From a virus (taxonomy: Duplodnaviria > Caudoviricetes), in the IMG/VR virus record IMGVR_UViG_3300042268_000564: a stretch of DNA of 64,000 nucleotides, one strand, 5' to 3'. Made by a program: the position numbers and the translations under genes. The notes under the pieces are model-generated. The model saw nothing but the letters and a program-made list of their open reading frames with translations. It made no database searches and had not been told where the DNA came from. Shown piece after piece: positions 1 to 9,889 of the stretch. How positions within the stretch are numbered: the stretch's first letter is position 1; every line of letters starts with the position of its first letter.

Positions 1-421
1 TGTCTACAGGTGATGCAAGCATTTCAGTTAGGATAGAGTCGGGTTCATCGAGGACTTTTTCTTCTTTATCTTCCAGCCATTCTTCGAAGTGCATTGCGAA
101 AGCGTATGATTCCATATTTGGTGCGTCACCTTCAAAAAGGATGTGGTAGAAATTGAGATTATATTTTGATGCGAATTGGAATATGTGGTTTAGAATTTGG
201 TATTCAGCATCTTCAAGGGATTCAAATTGTTTAGGATTTACGTCATGGCCGTCTTCTTTCATTTGGTGGTCATAGTAATCCATTGCTACGTTTTGGAAGT
301 AATTGTAGAGAAGCAGGAGGTCTTGAGCTTTTTGGGTATTAGTCCCTTGTGGTCTTTCTGGTCGGATGTTCGGAAATTGTCTCAAGTAGTGCGTACAGCA
401 CATTTTCGGTCGGGTGGTCAT
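1..421 (-). CDS. hypothetical acidic protein, runs off the left edge of the window
   Basis: Open minus frame from ATG 421 (MTTRPKMCC...EMLASPVD) with no stop before position 1; AGGTGG upstream; absent from the ORF track because it is truncated. Confidence 0.6.
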   Translation of the reverse strand, partial: MTTRPKMCCTHYLRQFPNIRPERPQGTNTQKAQDLLLLYNYFQNVAMDYYDHQMKEDGHDVNPKQFESLEDAEYQILNHIFQFASKYNLNFYHILFEGDAPNMESYAFAMHFEEWLEDKEEKVLDEPDSILTEMLASPVD

Positions 422-915
422 AAAAAGCCACCTGCACCTTTGTCGCCAGAAATGCCGACATTGGGTGCTATCCGAGAATCTACGGCGAAATTCCGTGGTG
501 CGAATCGTCATCAGAACTGTTCGGGTGACGTGGGTAACTCTAACGAGCTACCTTAAAGTTTAAGTTTTTATAACTTTGCTTGAACGGTTCTGGGTTGCTG
601 GCAAGCTGGATTGTATCGTAGATAGAGTGGCAACTATCTCATACTAATAAAAGGTGATGTAAGCCAATGAGATTATATTCGATGAGCACGCCTTTCGCAG
701 GGAGATAACAAAGAACGAGTGTTCTTACAGGTGTAAAATGTGCCTTCATTTTATGGTTGTTTACAAATAAAGATTGACATCGGAATAGGTGATACGGCAT
801 AAAGCCGTGAAATAGATAAGAGAAGCTTGGTAAGAGTTCAGCAATGTGTGGCTGAAAATTTTTTGCTGTACGGCGATTGGCATCGTTGTTGTAATTGTTG
901 AATTGTGCCTTATAG

Positions 916-948
916 AAAAAGAGCCTGACTTTGTTTCAGGCTCTTTTT
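916..948. terminator. bidirectional intrinsic terminator
   Basis: AAAAAGAGCCTGA-loop-TCAGGCTCTTTTT. Confidence 0.75.
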
Positions 949-1361
949 GCGTGAGAATTATAATTAAAAATTTTTGTCTGAGTGGCAGATTAGTTGAATG
1001 CCAATTTAGGCAAAGGTCAATCTGCGCACTCCTTACTGAATAAAGTTATTTTTAATCATATTGACCCTCCAAGGCTGGTTACGGTTTTACGAGGTAAGAA
1101 TACTTTTCTGTTCTGCTGAGAGCAGATGTTCCATCCAAGTTGCAAGTTTAAAGGTGAGAATGTCGCAGTGAGTAGCTTGGACTCTGCCTTTGAAAGTTAA
1201 GGCTTTTTTAGGAATCCAGATACTTTCGTTGTTTGCATTTGTAAAGCAGACAGCTTTTTTTGTTTCTACTGCTTTAACAAAGGTATTTGACTTATTATGG
1301 TTGTTGAGAGAAATTGCAGCACGATTGGTTTCAGAGATAGAGTTGAAATTCATAAAGCCTC

Positions 1362-1598
1362 CTATGAGTCCCATTCGTTATACGTTCCTCTGAAAGTAAG
1401 GGTCGCTTTGTATACTTTTATGGTCACTGCATTGTCTCTTTCATGAAGATTAACCATCACCCAATGGGGCAATTCCCTCTTGAGCACGGCAGCGACTGCA
1501 CGTCTATTCTCACATGGGAGCTTGGCAAACAAGGTGTCAATCTCGTCAATTGTCCATGAAAGTTCATTCTTTACTATCTCAAAATTAGGATTGCTCAC
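1362..1598 (-). CDS. hypothetical protein
   Basis: GTG start with AGGAG SD directly behind the promoter cassette at 1606-1664. Confidence 0.65.
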   Translation of the reverse strand: MSNPNFEIVKNELSWTIDEIDTLFAKLPCENRRAVAAVLKRELPHWVMVNLHERDNAVTIKVYKATLTFRGTYNEWDS

Positions 1599-1605
1599 TT
1601 CGTTT

Positions 1606-1664
1606 CTCCTTTTTTGTTTTTTCTTATACTTTTATTATAACGAAATGTAAAAAAGTGTCAAGTG
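1606..1664 (-). repeat. promoter-leader-RBS cassette, copy A
   Basis: CACTTGACACTTTTTTACATTTCGTTATAAT...AAGGAG on the minus strand; closely matches copies B-H. Confidence 0.85.
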
Positions 1665-1714
1665 TTTTTTATAAAAAAATTGACAATGTGTCAAGTGAGG
1701 TTATAATGAGGGTA

Positions 1715-2764
1715 ATGAATGATAGAACAGCAAATAATTGTTTTGTAATTTGTCAGAATTACCATGTCATGTATCAATGTGCGTGGAAATTTGTCATTTT
1801 AGTTGAGGGTTCTATAAGGAATAGGGAGGTCGAGGCAGTTCATTGTGAGGGACTGATAGATAACCTTAAGACGTTTTGTAGTTATTTGGAGCCGTATGCT
1901 ACGGATGCAGGTGTTGCAGAGTATGGTAAGTTACAGGACATAATCATTAAGCCTGCCAAGACAGATAGGGACATTGATTATATCTACGAGACAGCCAACA
2001 GGTTGTTAAGAGATAGAATATTGATTAATGTTGCTTATTCAAAGATATTGAGTGACTTGAGATTTCTTGCAGAGACATATTATTCATTTGCTACATCCAG
2101 ACATATTGATTATTTGAAGAAGGTTCATGAGATAAATGAACGGGCTTTTACGGATTTACTGTCCATTCAATCTAAGCAGAATGTATCTAATGAGTATGAA
2201 GTTGGGATTGTTTCAGCAGGGGTTATATTGTCTGTAATTAATTTTCCTTATCTGGTTTCAGCTCTCGCTTTTTTCCCCGTATTAGTTCAAGGTGGGATTT
2301 CCATTGCGACTTGTATCACCCTATTTATTCTTTTTAAAAAAATTAAACCACTCAAGATAAAAAGATTGATTCTATCCCCCCGTGACAATGATAAACTCTG
2401 GAACGAAAAATTCCTCCATTCTATTACAGGCGCAAGCATCATCGTAAATGCTTGCCTGCTATTTTATAAAGTCCCCGCAGCCCTCGCCATAACTAACCTC
2501 TCATTCTTTGTTTCTTGCACTCTTATAGGGATTATGATGGCAAAATGGTTCGGTAAAACATATACATCCATTCCAACAATAATTATCACTATTTGTTTGT
2601 TAATGTCGCCTGTTACTATTTGGTTGGGATTGAGTTCTGTTATATTGCATAGTCTGTGTGGATATGTAGGGAATCGAGTTGGTGGTTTGACGTCGTTGAG
2701 TAGTGACAGCTTGCTTCATTTGGAACATTTGGGGAAGGATAAGCATGATGACGAGATTTGGTGA
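1715..2764 (+). CDS. membrane protein with several C-terminal TM helices, probably leaderless
   Basis: Hydrophobic C-terminal half; ATG 1715 lies 7 nt after TATAAT of promoter 1680-1707. Confidence 0.7.
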   Translation: MNDRTANNCFVICQNYHVMYQCAWKFVILVEGSIRNREVEAVHCEGLIDNLKTFCSYLEPYATDAGVAEYGKLQDIIIKPAKTDRDIDYIYETANRLLRDRILINVAYSKILSDLRFLAETYYSFATSRHIDYLKKVHEINERAFTDLLSIQSKQNVSNEYEVGIVSAGVILSVINFPYLVSALAFFPVLVQGGISIATCITLFILFKKIKPLKIKRLILSPRDNDKLWNEKFLHSITGASIIVNACLLFYKVPAALAITNLSFFVSCTLIGIMMAKWFGKTYTSIPTIIITICLLMSPVTIWLGLSSVILHSLCGYVGNRVGGLTSLSSDSLLHLEHLGKDKHDDEIW

Positions 2765-3398
2765 TAAGGGTTGGCTTCCGATGGCTCATTATGTGACTAA
2801 GCATATTCAGGCTTATTACAAGTCTTTGTTTCAGGGACATTTGGTGCCCATAGACGACGTAACTACTATTGTTGTTCAGAAGGTGCCGAGACTGACCTCC
2901 CATGCAAGCATGAATAGTCTCCAAGAGAAAATTACAGCAGCACGGAGAGAAAAATATCCCAATGAGGATAAACATCTATTTGTTGATGTGGATGGCGTGC
3001 TGAACACGCTCGCTTGTCGCTGCCGGGGGCAAGACTTGGATATTCATTCAATCGAGACATTACGGGCGTTACAACAGGAGAATGATTGTAAGGTTCATAT
3101 ATTGTCTGCTGGTTGGTCGAATAGTCCACGGACGTCGTCGATACTTCATGCATTTGGGTTGGGTAGGTTTGAGATTGTTAAGTATGATGCAGGGACGGGG
3201 AGTAAGAGTATTTCACTTTGTAATTATTTGATGGCTCACCCTGAGATTCATCGGTTTCTGATTTTAGAAGATGAACCAAGCGAGTTCTTTAACTTTGCTC
3301 GCCATGTTTATCATGTGAATGGTCATGTGGGTTTATTTTATAGGCAAAAGAAGGAAATACTTGAACAGCTTGACTCACTGTTTGATAAAATAAAGTGA
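2745..3398 (+). CDS. HAD-superfamily hydrolase (Swiss-Army-Knife RNA-repair HAD-like)
   Basis: LFVDVDGVLNT motif I and FLILEDE motif IV; AAGGA SD before 2745. Confidence 0.75.
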   Translation: MMTRFGDKGWLPMAHYVTKHIQAYYKSLFQGHLVPIDDVTTIVVQKVPRLTSHASMNSLQEKITAARREKYPNEDKHLFVDVDGVLNTLACRCRGQDLDIHSIETLRALQQENDCKVHILSAGWSNSPRTSSILHAFGLGRFEIVKYDAGTGSKSISLCNYLMAHPEIHRFLILEDEPSEFFNFARHVYHVNGHVGLFYRQKKEILEQLDSLFDKIK

Positions 3399-3811
3399 GT
3401 AATATTTAACAAGTCTATCGAAGTCTTTGTTGAGATACATATCGAGTATGGTGGTATCGGCAAAATCTTTAAGAAGCCCTGAATTGAATCCGACTCTTTT
3501 ATAGCCGTTGCCCGTAAGGGCATCGTATACGAATTTGTAGGCAATGCTGTCGAATCTATCTTTCTTGAATTTTGCCTTGTCTGCATCACTTGTGGCGATG
3601 TCTATTGTCCAGCTTAAAACGACACTATCATTGTAGTCTGTGTCAAAGTAAGCATTGTCAGGGACATTATTACTTTTCATAAAGGCAGCAAGGTCTATTG
3701 GCTTAACATCGGCAATGTTGATATGTGTAGGAACCTGTTTTGTATTAGGAATCTGCTTTTTTTACGGTCTTTGCTTACGATAATCCATACAGGTTCGAGT
3801 TTGACTTCCAT
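3375..3811 (-). CDS. hypothetical protein, possibly frameshifted at the A7 run 3757-3763
   Basis: SD and ATG at 3811 open a short frame; the 3375..3680 frame is open up to a TAA lying exactly at the A7 run. Confidence 0.45.
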
Positions 3812-3838
3812 ACTAAGGCTCCTTTATAAAGTTTTTTT

Positions 3839-4009
3839 CTATAGCATATTTATTACAGCTTCCTCGCCAAGCTCTCGGAGACGTTCATAATATATCTTCT
3901 CTTGAGCTTGCAAAGAATGAATAAGCTTTTCCTTTAAGTCGTCTATCTTTGCCATCTCTATAAGAAAGGCTTCGATATCTTTATCCCGACATTTTGTATT
4001 CCGTTTCAC
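3839..4009 (-). CDS. 56-aa protein ending AVINML* (not in the ORF track)
   Basis: GAGG SD, GTG start, downstream of promoter 4038-4065. Confidence 0.65.
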   Translation of the reverse strand: MKRNTKCRDKDIEAFLIEMAKIDDLKEKLIHSLQAQEKIYYERLRELGEEAVINML

Positions 4010-4284
4010 GCCATCCTCGTATTATAAAGCTATAATTATTATAAATCCTTTAGAGTGGTTGTCAAGCAATGTGTATCTTATATGCCCTCAAGCTTTGGAA
4101 GAAACACGGCGGACGTCTCCTTTTTACATTCCAACCCGGATTCCATGTGATGCTAATAACGCCTGAAGGTCGGATTTTACATGGAACAACCCGGAGCAAT
4201 GATGGACGTTGGTGGGTAGAGGAGATAAATGTAGAGGCTTTTGCCCGGTGGCTATCGAGACGAAGTCCTAGAAGGAGAGAGTAA

Positions 4285-4836
4285 ATGCGAGCAAATTCAG
4301 CAGAGTATCATGCAATGATGAGACAACTTGCTTCTATGATGGACAGAGGTATGGATGAAGCGGGTAAGGATATAAAATGGGCAAAGTCGATTTTAGATAA
4401 AACAACGTTAGATTTGAAAGACCCGGTGATGTTCAATTGTTTCGTCCGGGACAGGATAGACGCAAAGGCAGACACCTTGTTTCATATGCAGCACATGGAT
4501 AAGATGCCCTCGAATGTATTTTACACGCTTCAATTTATATATTTGAAGTATGATTTTATTGAGGCACATCTTAAATGTCTGATAGATAGATTTGAAGGTG
4601 CGCCGTATGGCGACGACCGGGTCAAGACAATCGTTCGGATGGCGGTGAAGATGGTTCGGTCTGGAACTTTGTCTGATGTTAATGATTCTTTGAATCCGTC
4701 GTGGTATGTCCCGAATCATTTGGGATTATGGATAAAGATGGTAATAGCTCTGTGGGACTTATACTATGGTGATGCAAAGAATTATTTGCGTGTGAGAGAT
4801 GAATTACGAGCTGCTTACGAGACTGCTGAGGATTAA
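4285..4836 (+). CDS. hypothetical protein
   Basis: 183-aa ORF with AGGAG SD. Confidence 0.7.
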   Translation: MRANSAEYHAMMRQLASMMDRGMDEAGKDIKWAKSILDKTTLDLKDPVMFNCFVRDRIDAKADTLFHMQHMDKMPSNVFYTLQFIYLKYDFIEAHLKCLIDRFEGAPYGDDRVKTIVRMAVKMVRSGTLSDVNDSLNPSWYVPNHLGLWIKMVIALWDLYYGDAKNYLRVRDELRAAYETAED

Positions 4837-5117
4837 AGTAAGAACTCCTCGGCTTCTCTACGTCTGATTTCGCCGAATGTTGCAGCTACAGCCCCAACGA
4901 AGCTGTCCTGTTTGATGGTTTTGTAGGGTGTTGGAGTTCCATGCCAGCCGGGTTCGAAGAATGTTACAGTAACTTCGCCATTGTCCTTATTCGCTTCCAT
5001 GCAAATCCATTCATCAATCCACACGGTATTGGGTTCATCCTCATCAGTCTCGGTTCCCATGTCGACATAGTTGAATTCAGTTGCGGCTCTGTTAATGAGA
5101 TTAATCAATTCGTCCAT
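4833..5117 (-). CDS. hypothetical protein ending EEFLL*
   Basis: In an operon behind 5120..5419. Confidence 0.7.
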   Translation of the reverse strand: MDELINLINRAATEFNYVDMGTETDEDEPNTVWIDEWICMEANKDNGEVTVTFFEPGWHGTPTPYKTIKQDSFVGAVAATFGEIRRREAEEFLL

Positions 5118-5119
5118 TG

Positions 5120-5419
5120 TTATTTCCCTTTCAAGCGATAAGCATAGATTTCGTCTACCATACCGGAGCTTGCTGGCGACACATCTTCAATTCTTTCAAG
5201 CAAGCCCATTGAAATAAGTTGTTCCACTACGGGTGCGTTCTCACTCCAATGCTTTACAAAAAACACATCGTCGGGAAGCATATCAGTTTCTGGAAGCCTT
5301 ACGCTGATAGTAGAGAACGGCATACCTTGCTCTGTAAGCAATACTGCCATGCCGCCATCAACATAACGATTGGTAACTAGCTCTACATCATAAACCTCAT
5401 CATAAAGCTTAATCTGCAT
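5120..5419 (-). CDS. DUF4313-like protein
   Basis: FSTISVRLP...FFVKHWSEN...LISMGL pattern; AGGAGG SD; promoter 5449-5476. Confidence 0.55.
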   Translation of the reverse strand: MQIKLYDEVYDVELVTNRYVDGGMAVLLTEQGMPFSTISVRLPETDMLPDDVFFVKHWSENAPVVEQLISMGLLERIEDVSPASSGMVDEIYAYRLKGK

Positions 5420-5484
5420 TAACTTCCCTCCTGTTTTATTATAATTTTATTATAAACAGACGATAAAAAATGTCAAGTCTTTTT

Positions 5485-6102
5485 TTAGAGAAGTTCTTTT
5501 TCTTGTTTGGTAGGTTTATGTCCCCACATTTCTATTTCTTTTGTTGTGAATATGGCATATGTTCCTTTTGCGAACCAGAAGTCTCCCTGAGCGGGAACTA
5601 ATTTGGTTCTTTTTGTACTCATATTGCCATCCCGGAGGTGAGCTACAAGCTGAAGATTGATTTCGTTGTAATTTTCCAACACAGATTTCTCTAAATCTCT
5701 GATAAATTCTTCTGCACGGTCACAAGCCATAACATGTTGAGGTCTCGGCACCGACCGGGCACGCTTTATTTTATGTGCTTGTCCATATTCAAATATCAGG
5801 TGATAAGACGTTATGGTTAAAATTGTGCAAATTTGCCATGTAAGAGTGTGAATGTCAAAATCTCTGATACTGAATCTATTGAGACTGTTAGTAGAGTCAA
5901 ATACTGCAAGAGGTGCTTTGTCTTTATTGGCATAGAAGGATATGTGGTGTATTTCGTCTATGTCGAGGTAGTGATTGATGTGGGGGACAAGAGTCCTGTA
6001 TCGCAAGACACAGTCGAGAGTGTCTAATTTGTCTTCAGAATAGAAACCGACAGCCTCTATTTTTTGCAAATATTCATTAAAAAGCTCATCTTGATAGCTC
6101 AT
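5485..6102 (-). CDS. hypothetical protein ending KELL*
   Basis: 205-aa ORF, ATGA-coupled to the upstream gene. Confidence 0.7.
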   Translation of the reverse strand: MSYQDELFNEYLQKIEAVGFYSEDKLDTLDCVLRYRTLVPHINHYLDIDEIHHISFYANKDKAPLAVFDSTNSLNRFSIRDFDIHTLTWQICTILTITSYHLIFEYGQAHKIKRARSVPRPQHVMACDRAEEFIRDLEKSVLENYNEINLQLVAHLRDGNMSTKRTKLVPAQGDFWFAKGTYAIFTTKEIEMWGHKPTKQEKELL

Positions 6103-6416
6103 GGTTCTATATTATCACCAAGGATGGCTACAGGGTTATTGTTTATTATCAGAATCTTTACCTTGTTGCCGGGTTCTATCCACCTATACTGTCTGTAAGA
6201 CATTTTGAGTTGGTAATTCCCACCACAATAATTCACTATACAGAAATAGTTGCCATTATATGGCTCTAATTTGTAAACAATTGTCCCTGTCGTTCGTATT
6301 GCCCTGTTTTCTGAACTTTTTGGTCGATAAAATAAACTGAGACTAATAAGCAAGACAATAATCACAACAATAAGTATGTTGCGTGGCGAATCTTGTTCCG
6401 TCCTAAAAATCTTCAC
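6099..6416 (-). CDS. single-TM protein whose original start (7672) was displaced by the IS
   Basis: Removing 6398-7668 restores ATG GAA CAA GAT (MEQDSPRN); an in-frame GTG at 6416 with AGGA lies inside the IS end. Confidence 0.65.
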   Translation of the reverse strand: MKIFRTEQDSPRNILIVVIIVLLISLSLFYRPKSSENRAIRTTGTIVYKLEPYNGNYFCIVNYCGGNYQLKMSYRQYRWIEPGNKVKILIINNNPVAILGDNIEP

Positions 6417-7668
6417 AAACAATCCTGTTTGTTAGATTTAATTCCTGTTTCATAGAACCATTTCTAGGAACACAGGTCTGCTCCCCCGAAAGAGGATTCT
6501 CCGCAGGCTTAACATTCGGGGGAACTCCCCGTACAAATTTATTATATGCAGCCAAATTCATAGCTGCATTAATATCTCTATCGTGCGTAATGCCACAAAT
6601 AGGACAAGTCCATGTCCTAACGTGTAATGGCATCTTGTCCTGTTTGTAGCCGCAACTCGAACATAGCTTAGAACTTGGATAGAATGTATCTACTTTAGTA
6701 AGTGAACTGCCATACCATTCCGTCTTATATTCAAGCTGCCTGATAAATTCTGACCAAGAAGCATCTGATATGCTAAAAGCTAATCTCTTATTTTTAAGCA
6801 TATTGGATACTTTCAATGTCTCCACTACAATTTCTTGCTTGGTTTTCGCAAGGAATGTAGTCAATTTATGCAGAAAATCCTGACGGATATTTCTTACACG
6901 GCTATATGTTTTGGCAAGCTTTATTCTTGCTTTTTGGCGATTCTGAGAAGCTTTCTGCTTCTTGGCTAATCGTCTTTGCAGTTTTTTGATTTTCTTCAAA
7001 TATTTTTTCAATATTTTTGGATTATCAATTTTTGTTCCATCGGATAATGTCGCAAAATGTATCAAGCCGAGGTCAATGCCCACGACTTGTCCATTTTGTA
7101 TCTTTGGCTCTGGAATGTCTTGTTCTGTCGTAAAAGAAACATACCATCTGTCTACATCTTTAGACACAGTTGTAGAAATAATTCTACCTTGTATTTCTCT
7201 TTGCTCTTTGAGTCTCACTTTGCCGATTTTCGGCAGGTGAGCATAATTATCTTTGCAATATGCCTTTTCGTCGAAAGAAAAACTTTCTCTGGAACTTTTT
7301 TTCTTATACTTCGGGAATCCAGCAGGCTTTCCTTGTCGTATATTTCTAAAAAAGTTTTTAAAAGCTTTGTCGAGATTGCGCAAAGCTCCTTGTGGTGCTG
7401 ATTTACTTACTTCATACATCCAAGGAAACTGGTCTTGTTTGATTGCGCACAATTCTTTGTGCTGTGTTATTGCTGATGTAGATTTTTTCTCTGCCTCGTA
7501 AAGCTTAATGCGTTGTGCTAATCCCCAATTATAAGCGAACCTTGCTGTTCCGCAAGATTTATTCAACAAAACAATTTGTGTCTTGTTGGGCTTCAATTCT
7601 ATTTTGTAAGCTTTGTGAATAATCATATTTTAATATTTTGCAAGCAATTTTAACAAACAGCAATAAAA
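6398..7668 (-). mobile_element. non-autonomous IS607-type tnpB-only element
   Basis: Bounded by GG at both junctions; 14-bp subterminal repeats 6408-6421 and 7646-7659 (12/14 identical); no tnpA present. Confidence 0.75.
6403..7626 (-). CDS. tnpB: TnpB RNA-guided endonuclease
   Basis: N-terminal KAYKIELKP HTH; RuvC-I GIDLG, RuvC-II VVETL, CxxC/CPxC zinc finger, RuvC-III DRDINAA; C-terminal SMKQE. Confidence 0.95.
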   Translation of the reverse strand: MIIHKAYKIELKPNKTQIVLLNKSCGTARFAYNWGLAQRIKLYEAEKKSTSAITQHKELCAIKQDQFPWMYEVSKSAPQGALRNLDKAFKNFFRNIRQGKPAGFPKYKKKSSRESFSFDEKAYCKDNYAHLPKIGKVRLKEQREIQGRIISTTVSKDVDRWYVSFTTEQDIPEPKIQNGQVVGIDLGLIHFATLSDGTKIDNPKILKKYLKKIKKLQRRLAKKQKASQNRQKARIKLAKTYSRVRNIRQDFLHKLTTFLAKTKQEIVVETLKVSNMLKNKRLAFSISDASWSEFIRQLEYKTEWYGSSLTKVDTFYPSSKLCSSCGYKQDKMPLHVRTWTCPICGITHDRDINAAMNLAAYNKFVRGVPPNVKPAENPLSGEQTCVPRNGSMKQELNLTNRIVCEDF

Positions 7669-7790
7669 CCATTATTTCTTGTTCCTTATATTTCTTATTC
7701 TTTCCCACAAAAAGATAATTTATAAAAAGTTTTCGATGGTAGAATATAGAAAAAGCGCAGTGCGCTATCAATTTCTCGGAGGAATTCCAA

Positions 7791-8066
7791 ATGAATAAAG
7801 CTGAAACTATCCAAACCCTTGCAACTAAGGCTGACCTTACCCAAGCTCAAGCAAAAGCTGCCCTTGAAGCTCTTCTCGCTGCATGGACTGAAGCTCTCGC
7901 TGGCGGCGAAGTTATCGCCCTTGCTGGTTTCGGGAATTTCAAGACAACACAAAGAGCTGCCCGTAATGGTATTAATCCAAAGACAAAACAGCCTATCAAA
8001 ATTCCTGCAAAGACTGCTGTAACTTTCAAGCCAGCGTCTGCTCTTAAGGAAGCTGTAAACGAATAA
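7791..8066 (+). CDS. hup: HU family DNA-binding protein
   Basis: MNKAE start; GFGNF...RAARNGINPKT...IPAK..VTFKPA; GGAGG SD. Confidence 0.95.
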   Translation: MNKAETIQTLATKADLTQAQAKAALEALLAAWTEALAGGEVIALAGFGNFKTTQRAARNGINPKTKQPIKIPAKTAVTFKPASALKEAVNE

Positions 8067-8092
8067 TCACCTCTCTGTTATATTTGTGTAAG

Positions 8093-8118
8093 GAGCCGTC
8101 CTTGTGGCGGCTCTTTTT
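8093..8118 (+). terminator. intrinsic terminator
   Basis: GAGCCGTC-loop-GGCGGCTC-TTTTT. Confidence 0.75.
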
Positions 8119-8167
8119 ATTGACATTAGTCTTATTACATTTATAATAAGCAAAAAAGGAGTATTTT

Positions 8168-9280
8168 ATGCGAAATGATGTATTTATTCCTGAAAAGATT
8201 AATGTTGGCTTTCAGAAGCGTGATGGCACTTACACTGGAAAGCTTGCTTATGTTGTCTACTTTGACAATAAAGGAGTGCTCAGGAAAGAAAAGTCGTGGC
8301 AATCATGGCGTGACAAAAATATCCCCAATGAAATCTATGAGAATAAGCCTACAGAGGGCTTTGTCTTAAATAAGAAAGTGGGTGGAACTAAGTGCCACTG
8401 GAATCCACGTCAGACATATGTGAGGGTTTACGACCCTCGTGGCTTTGAGTTCGAGCTAACCGTTCCGAATCTGTTGTATATCCTTGAAAATACCAGTTCT
8501 ATCAAGGGAAAAGGTCTGGAAGGTGAATTTGTTTATGGTTATTCAGGGACAGACCTTGTGTTAATTCCAACCTCCTCCCCTGATTATGAGGAGTTGATGG
8601 ATTTTAACGCCAAGCTCAAGACAGAGAACCCAAAAGCAAAAGATTTGGTGCTCGGTGGGACATATCTGGACAATAAAAATCAAGAATTGATTTACATGGG
8701 TAGATTTGATTATTGGACAATAAATTATGGCGAAAGCCGCTATAATTACACCACTCGTAGTTATGAGTATACTCCGAGTAAAGACGTGAATAAAGGCTTG
8801 CATCATATTTTTGCCCAAAAGAATAGCAGAGGTGGCTATTTTTACACGCAAATGAAAAGCATTTCCAAGCGAATCATTTCTGTTGTATCTGCTGAACCAA
8901 GCCCTGAGTATCCAACAATATTTGAGGACATGGAATGTCAGACATGGTATTCCCCACTTGATGAGTCGAAAACAGAATATGTTTCTTTTACCTTTGATGA
9001 ATTTATTGAAGCCGCAAAAGGGGATAAATGGATTAGAATTTACAACTATAATGGGAGTCAAGATGATTCATTACACTGGGCATTACGTGGGCACGACAAT
9101 CAATTGCAGGCTCTCGTGTTGGAAGAAAGGAAGAATAATCCTGACTTCGAGCTAAGTGAGGTAATAAAGCAAGAAGCAGACCCACATGCCGAAGGTTCAT
9201 GGTGTAAAAAAGCATTTGCGATTCTTAATCCTTATCACAAGTATCAGTATCTTAAAAATGGAAAGAAAATGAAGGAGTAA
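8168..9280 (+). CDS. conserved large-phage hypothetical protein
   Basis: 370-aa ORF; promoter 8120-8147 and AGGAG SD. Confidence 0.75.
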   Translation: MRNDVFIPEKINVGFQKRDGTYTGKLAYVVYFDNKGVLRKEKSWQSWRDKNIPNEIYENKPTEGFVLNKKVGGTKCHWNPRQTYVRVYDPRGFEFELTVPNLLYILENTSSIKGKGLEGEFVYGYSGTDLVLIPTSSPDYEELMDFNAKLKTENPKAKDLVLGGTYLDNKNQELIYMGRFDYWTINYGESRYNYTTRSYEYTPSKDVNKGLHHIFAQKNSRGGYFYTQMKSISKRIISVVSAEPSPEYPTIFEDMECQTWYSPLDESKTEYVSFTFDEFIEAAKGDKWIRIYNYNGSQDDSLHWALRGHDNQLQALVLEERKNNPDFELSEVIKQEADPHAEGSWCKKAFAILNPYHKYQYLKNGKKMKE

Positions 9281-9286
9281 AAATAT

Positions 9287-9700
9287 ATGAGTAAGAATGA
9301 CAAACGTATTCTTGACCTGCAAAAGAAGATTGACGAGAAAGAAAAGATTCTCGAAGCTGCAAAGAAACGATTTGCACCCACTACCAACTGCCTGCTCCAG
9401 ATGGACGGCAAGAGCTACAACCTCCATGCTCTCTCAGGGGAAGAAGTTACTTTGATGCTTGTCAGAATCCATGCTCTGGTGATGGCAGCAAAAGACATGA
9501 AACTTGACCCGGCAGAGGTAAAAATCTCTGGATTCACCTTGAATGACTGGAAAGCCGACCTCGAAGCTAAACGTGCCAGCGGCAATATCGCCAAAGAAAC
9601 CGCAGCTCTCAAAGCAATGAAAGACAAATTGCACCAGCTTCTTTCAACTGATAAAAAAGTTGAACTAGAAATCGATGATATCGAAAAATCTCTGAGCTGA
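9287..9700 (+). CDS. hypothetical coiled-coil protein
   Basis: AAGGAG SD; operon with 8168..9280. Confidence 0.75.
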   Translation: MSKNDKRILDLQKKIDEKEKILEAAKKRFAPTTNCLLQMDGKSYNLHALSGEEVTLMLVRIHALVMAAKDMKLDPAEVKISGFTLNDWKADLEAKRASGNIAKETAALKAMKDKLHQLLSTDKKVELEIDDIEKSLS

Positions 9701-9756
9701 TGGTATTATGTAGTTAAGTATTATTTGTGTTTGTGGTCATAGAACCTCCTAGATTT

Positions 9757-9790
9757 AAGAAGGCTCTCCTGAAAAGGGGAGCTTTCTTTT
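9757..9790 (+). terminator. intrinsic terminator
   Basis: AAGAAGGCTCTCC-TGAAAA-GGGGAGCTTTCTTTT. Confidence 0.75.
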
Positions 9791-9889
9791 ATGGATGAGA
9801 TAAGACACAATACAGCCTTTTGGCAGGCGATACCTCTCCCTCCGAATAAAAATAGTTGACGTTCAGGTCGGATTGGTTATAATGCAATT

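Noticed and set aside
197-556. Plus-strand 119-aa ORF, and the many similar shadow ORFs in the track
   Set aside because: Antisense to better-supported genes and lacking SD or promoter.
560-915. Possible ncRNA in the noncoding stretch
   Set aside because: No matching promoter-terminator pair or recognisable structure that I can support.
6398-7668. IStron (group I intron-IS hybrid)
   Set aside because: Only about 42 bp separate the left junction from the tnpB start, too short for a ribozyme core.
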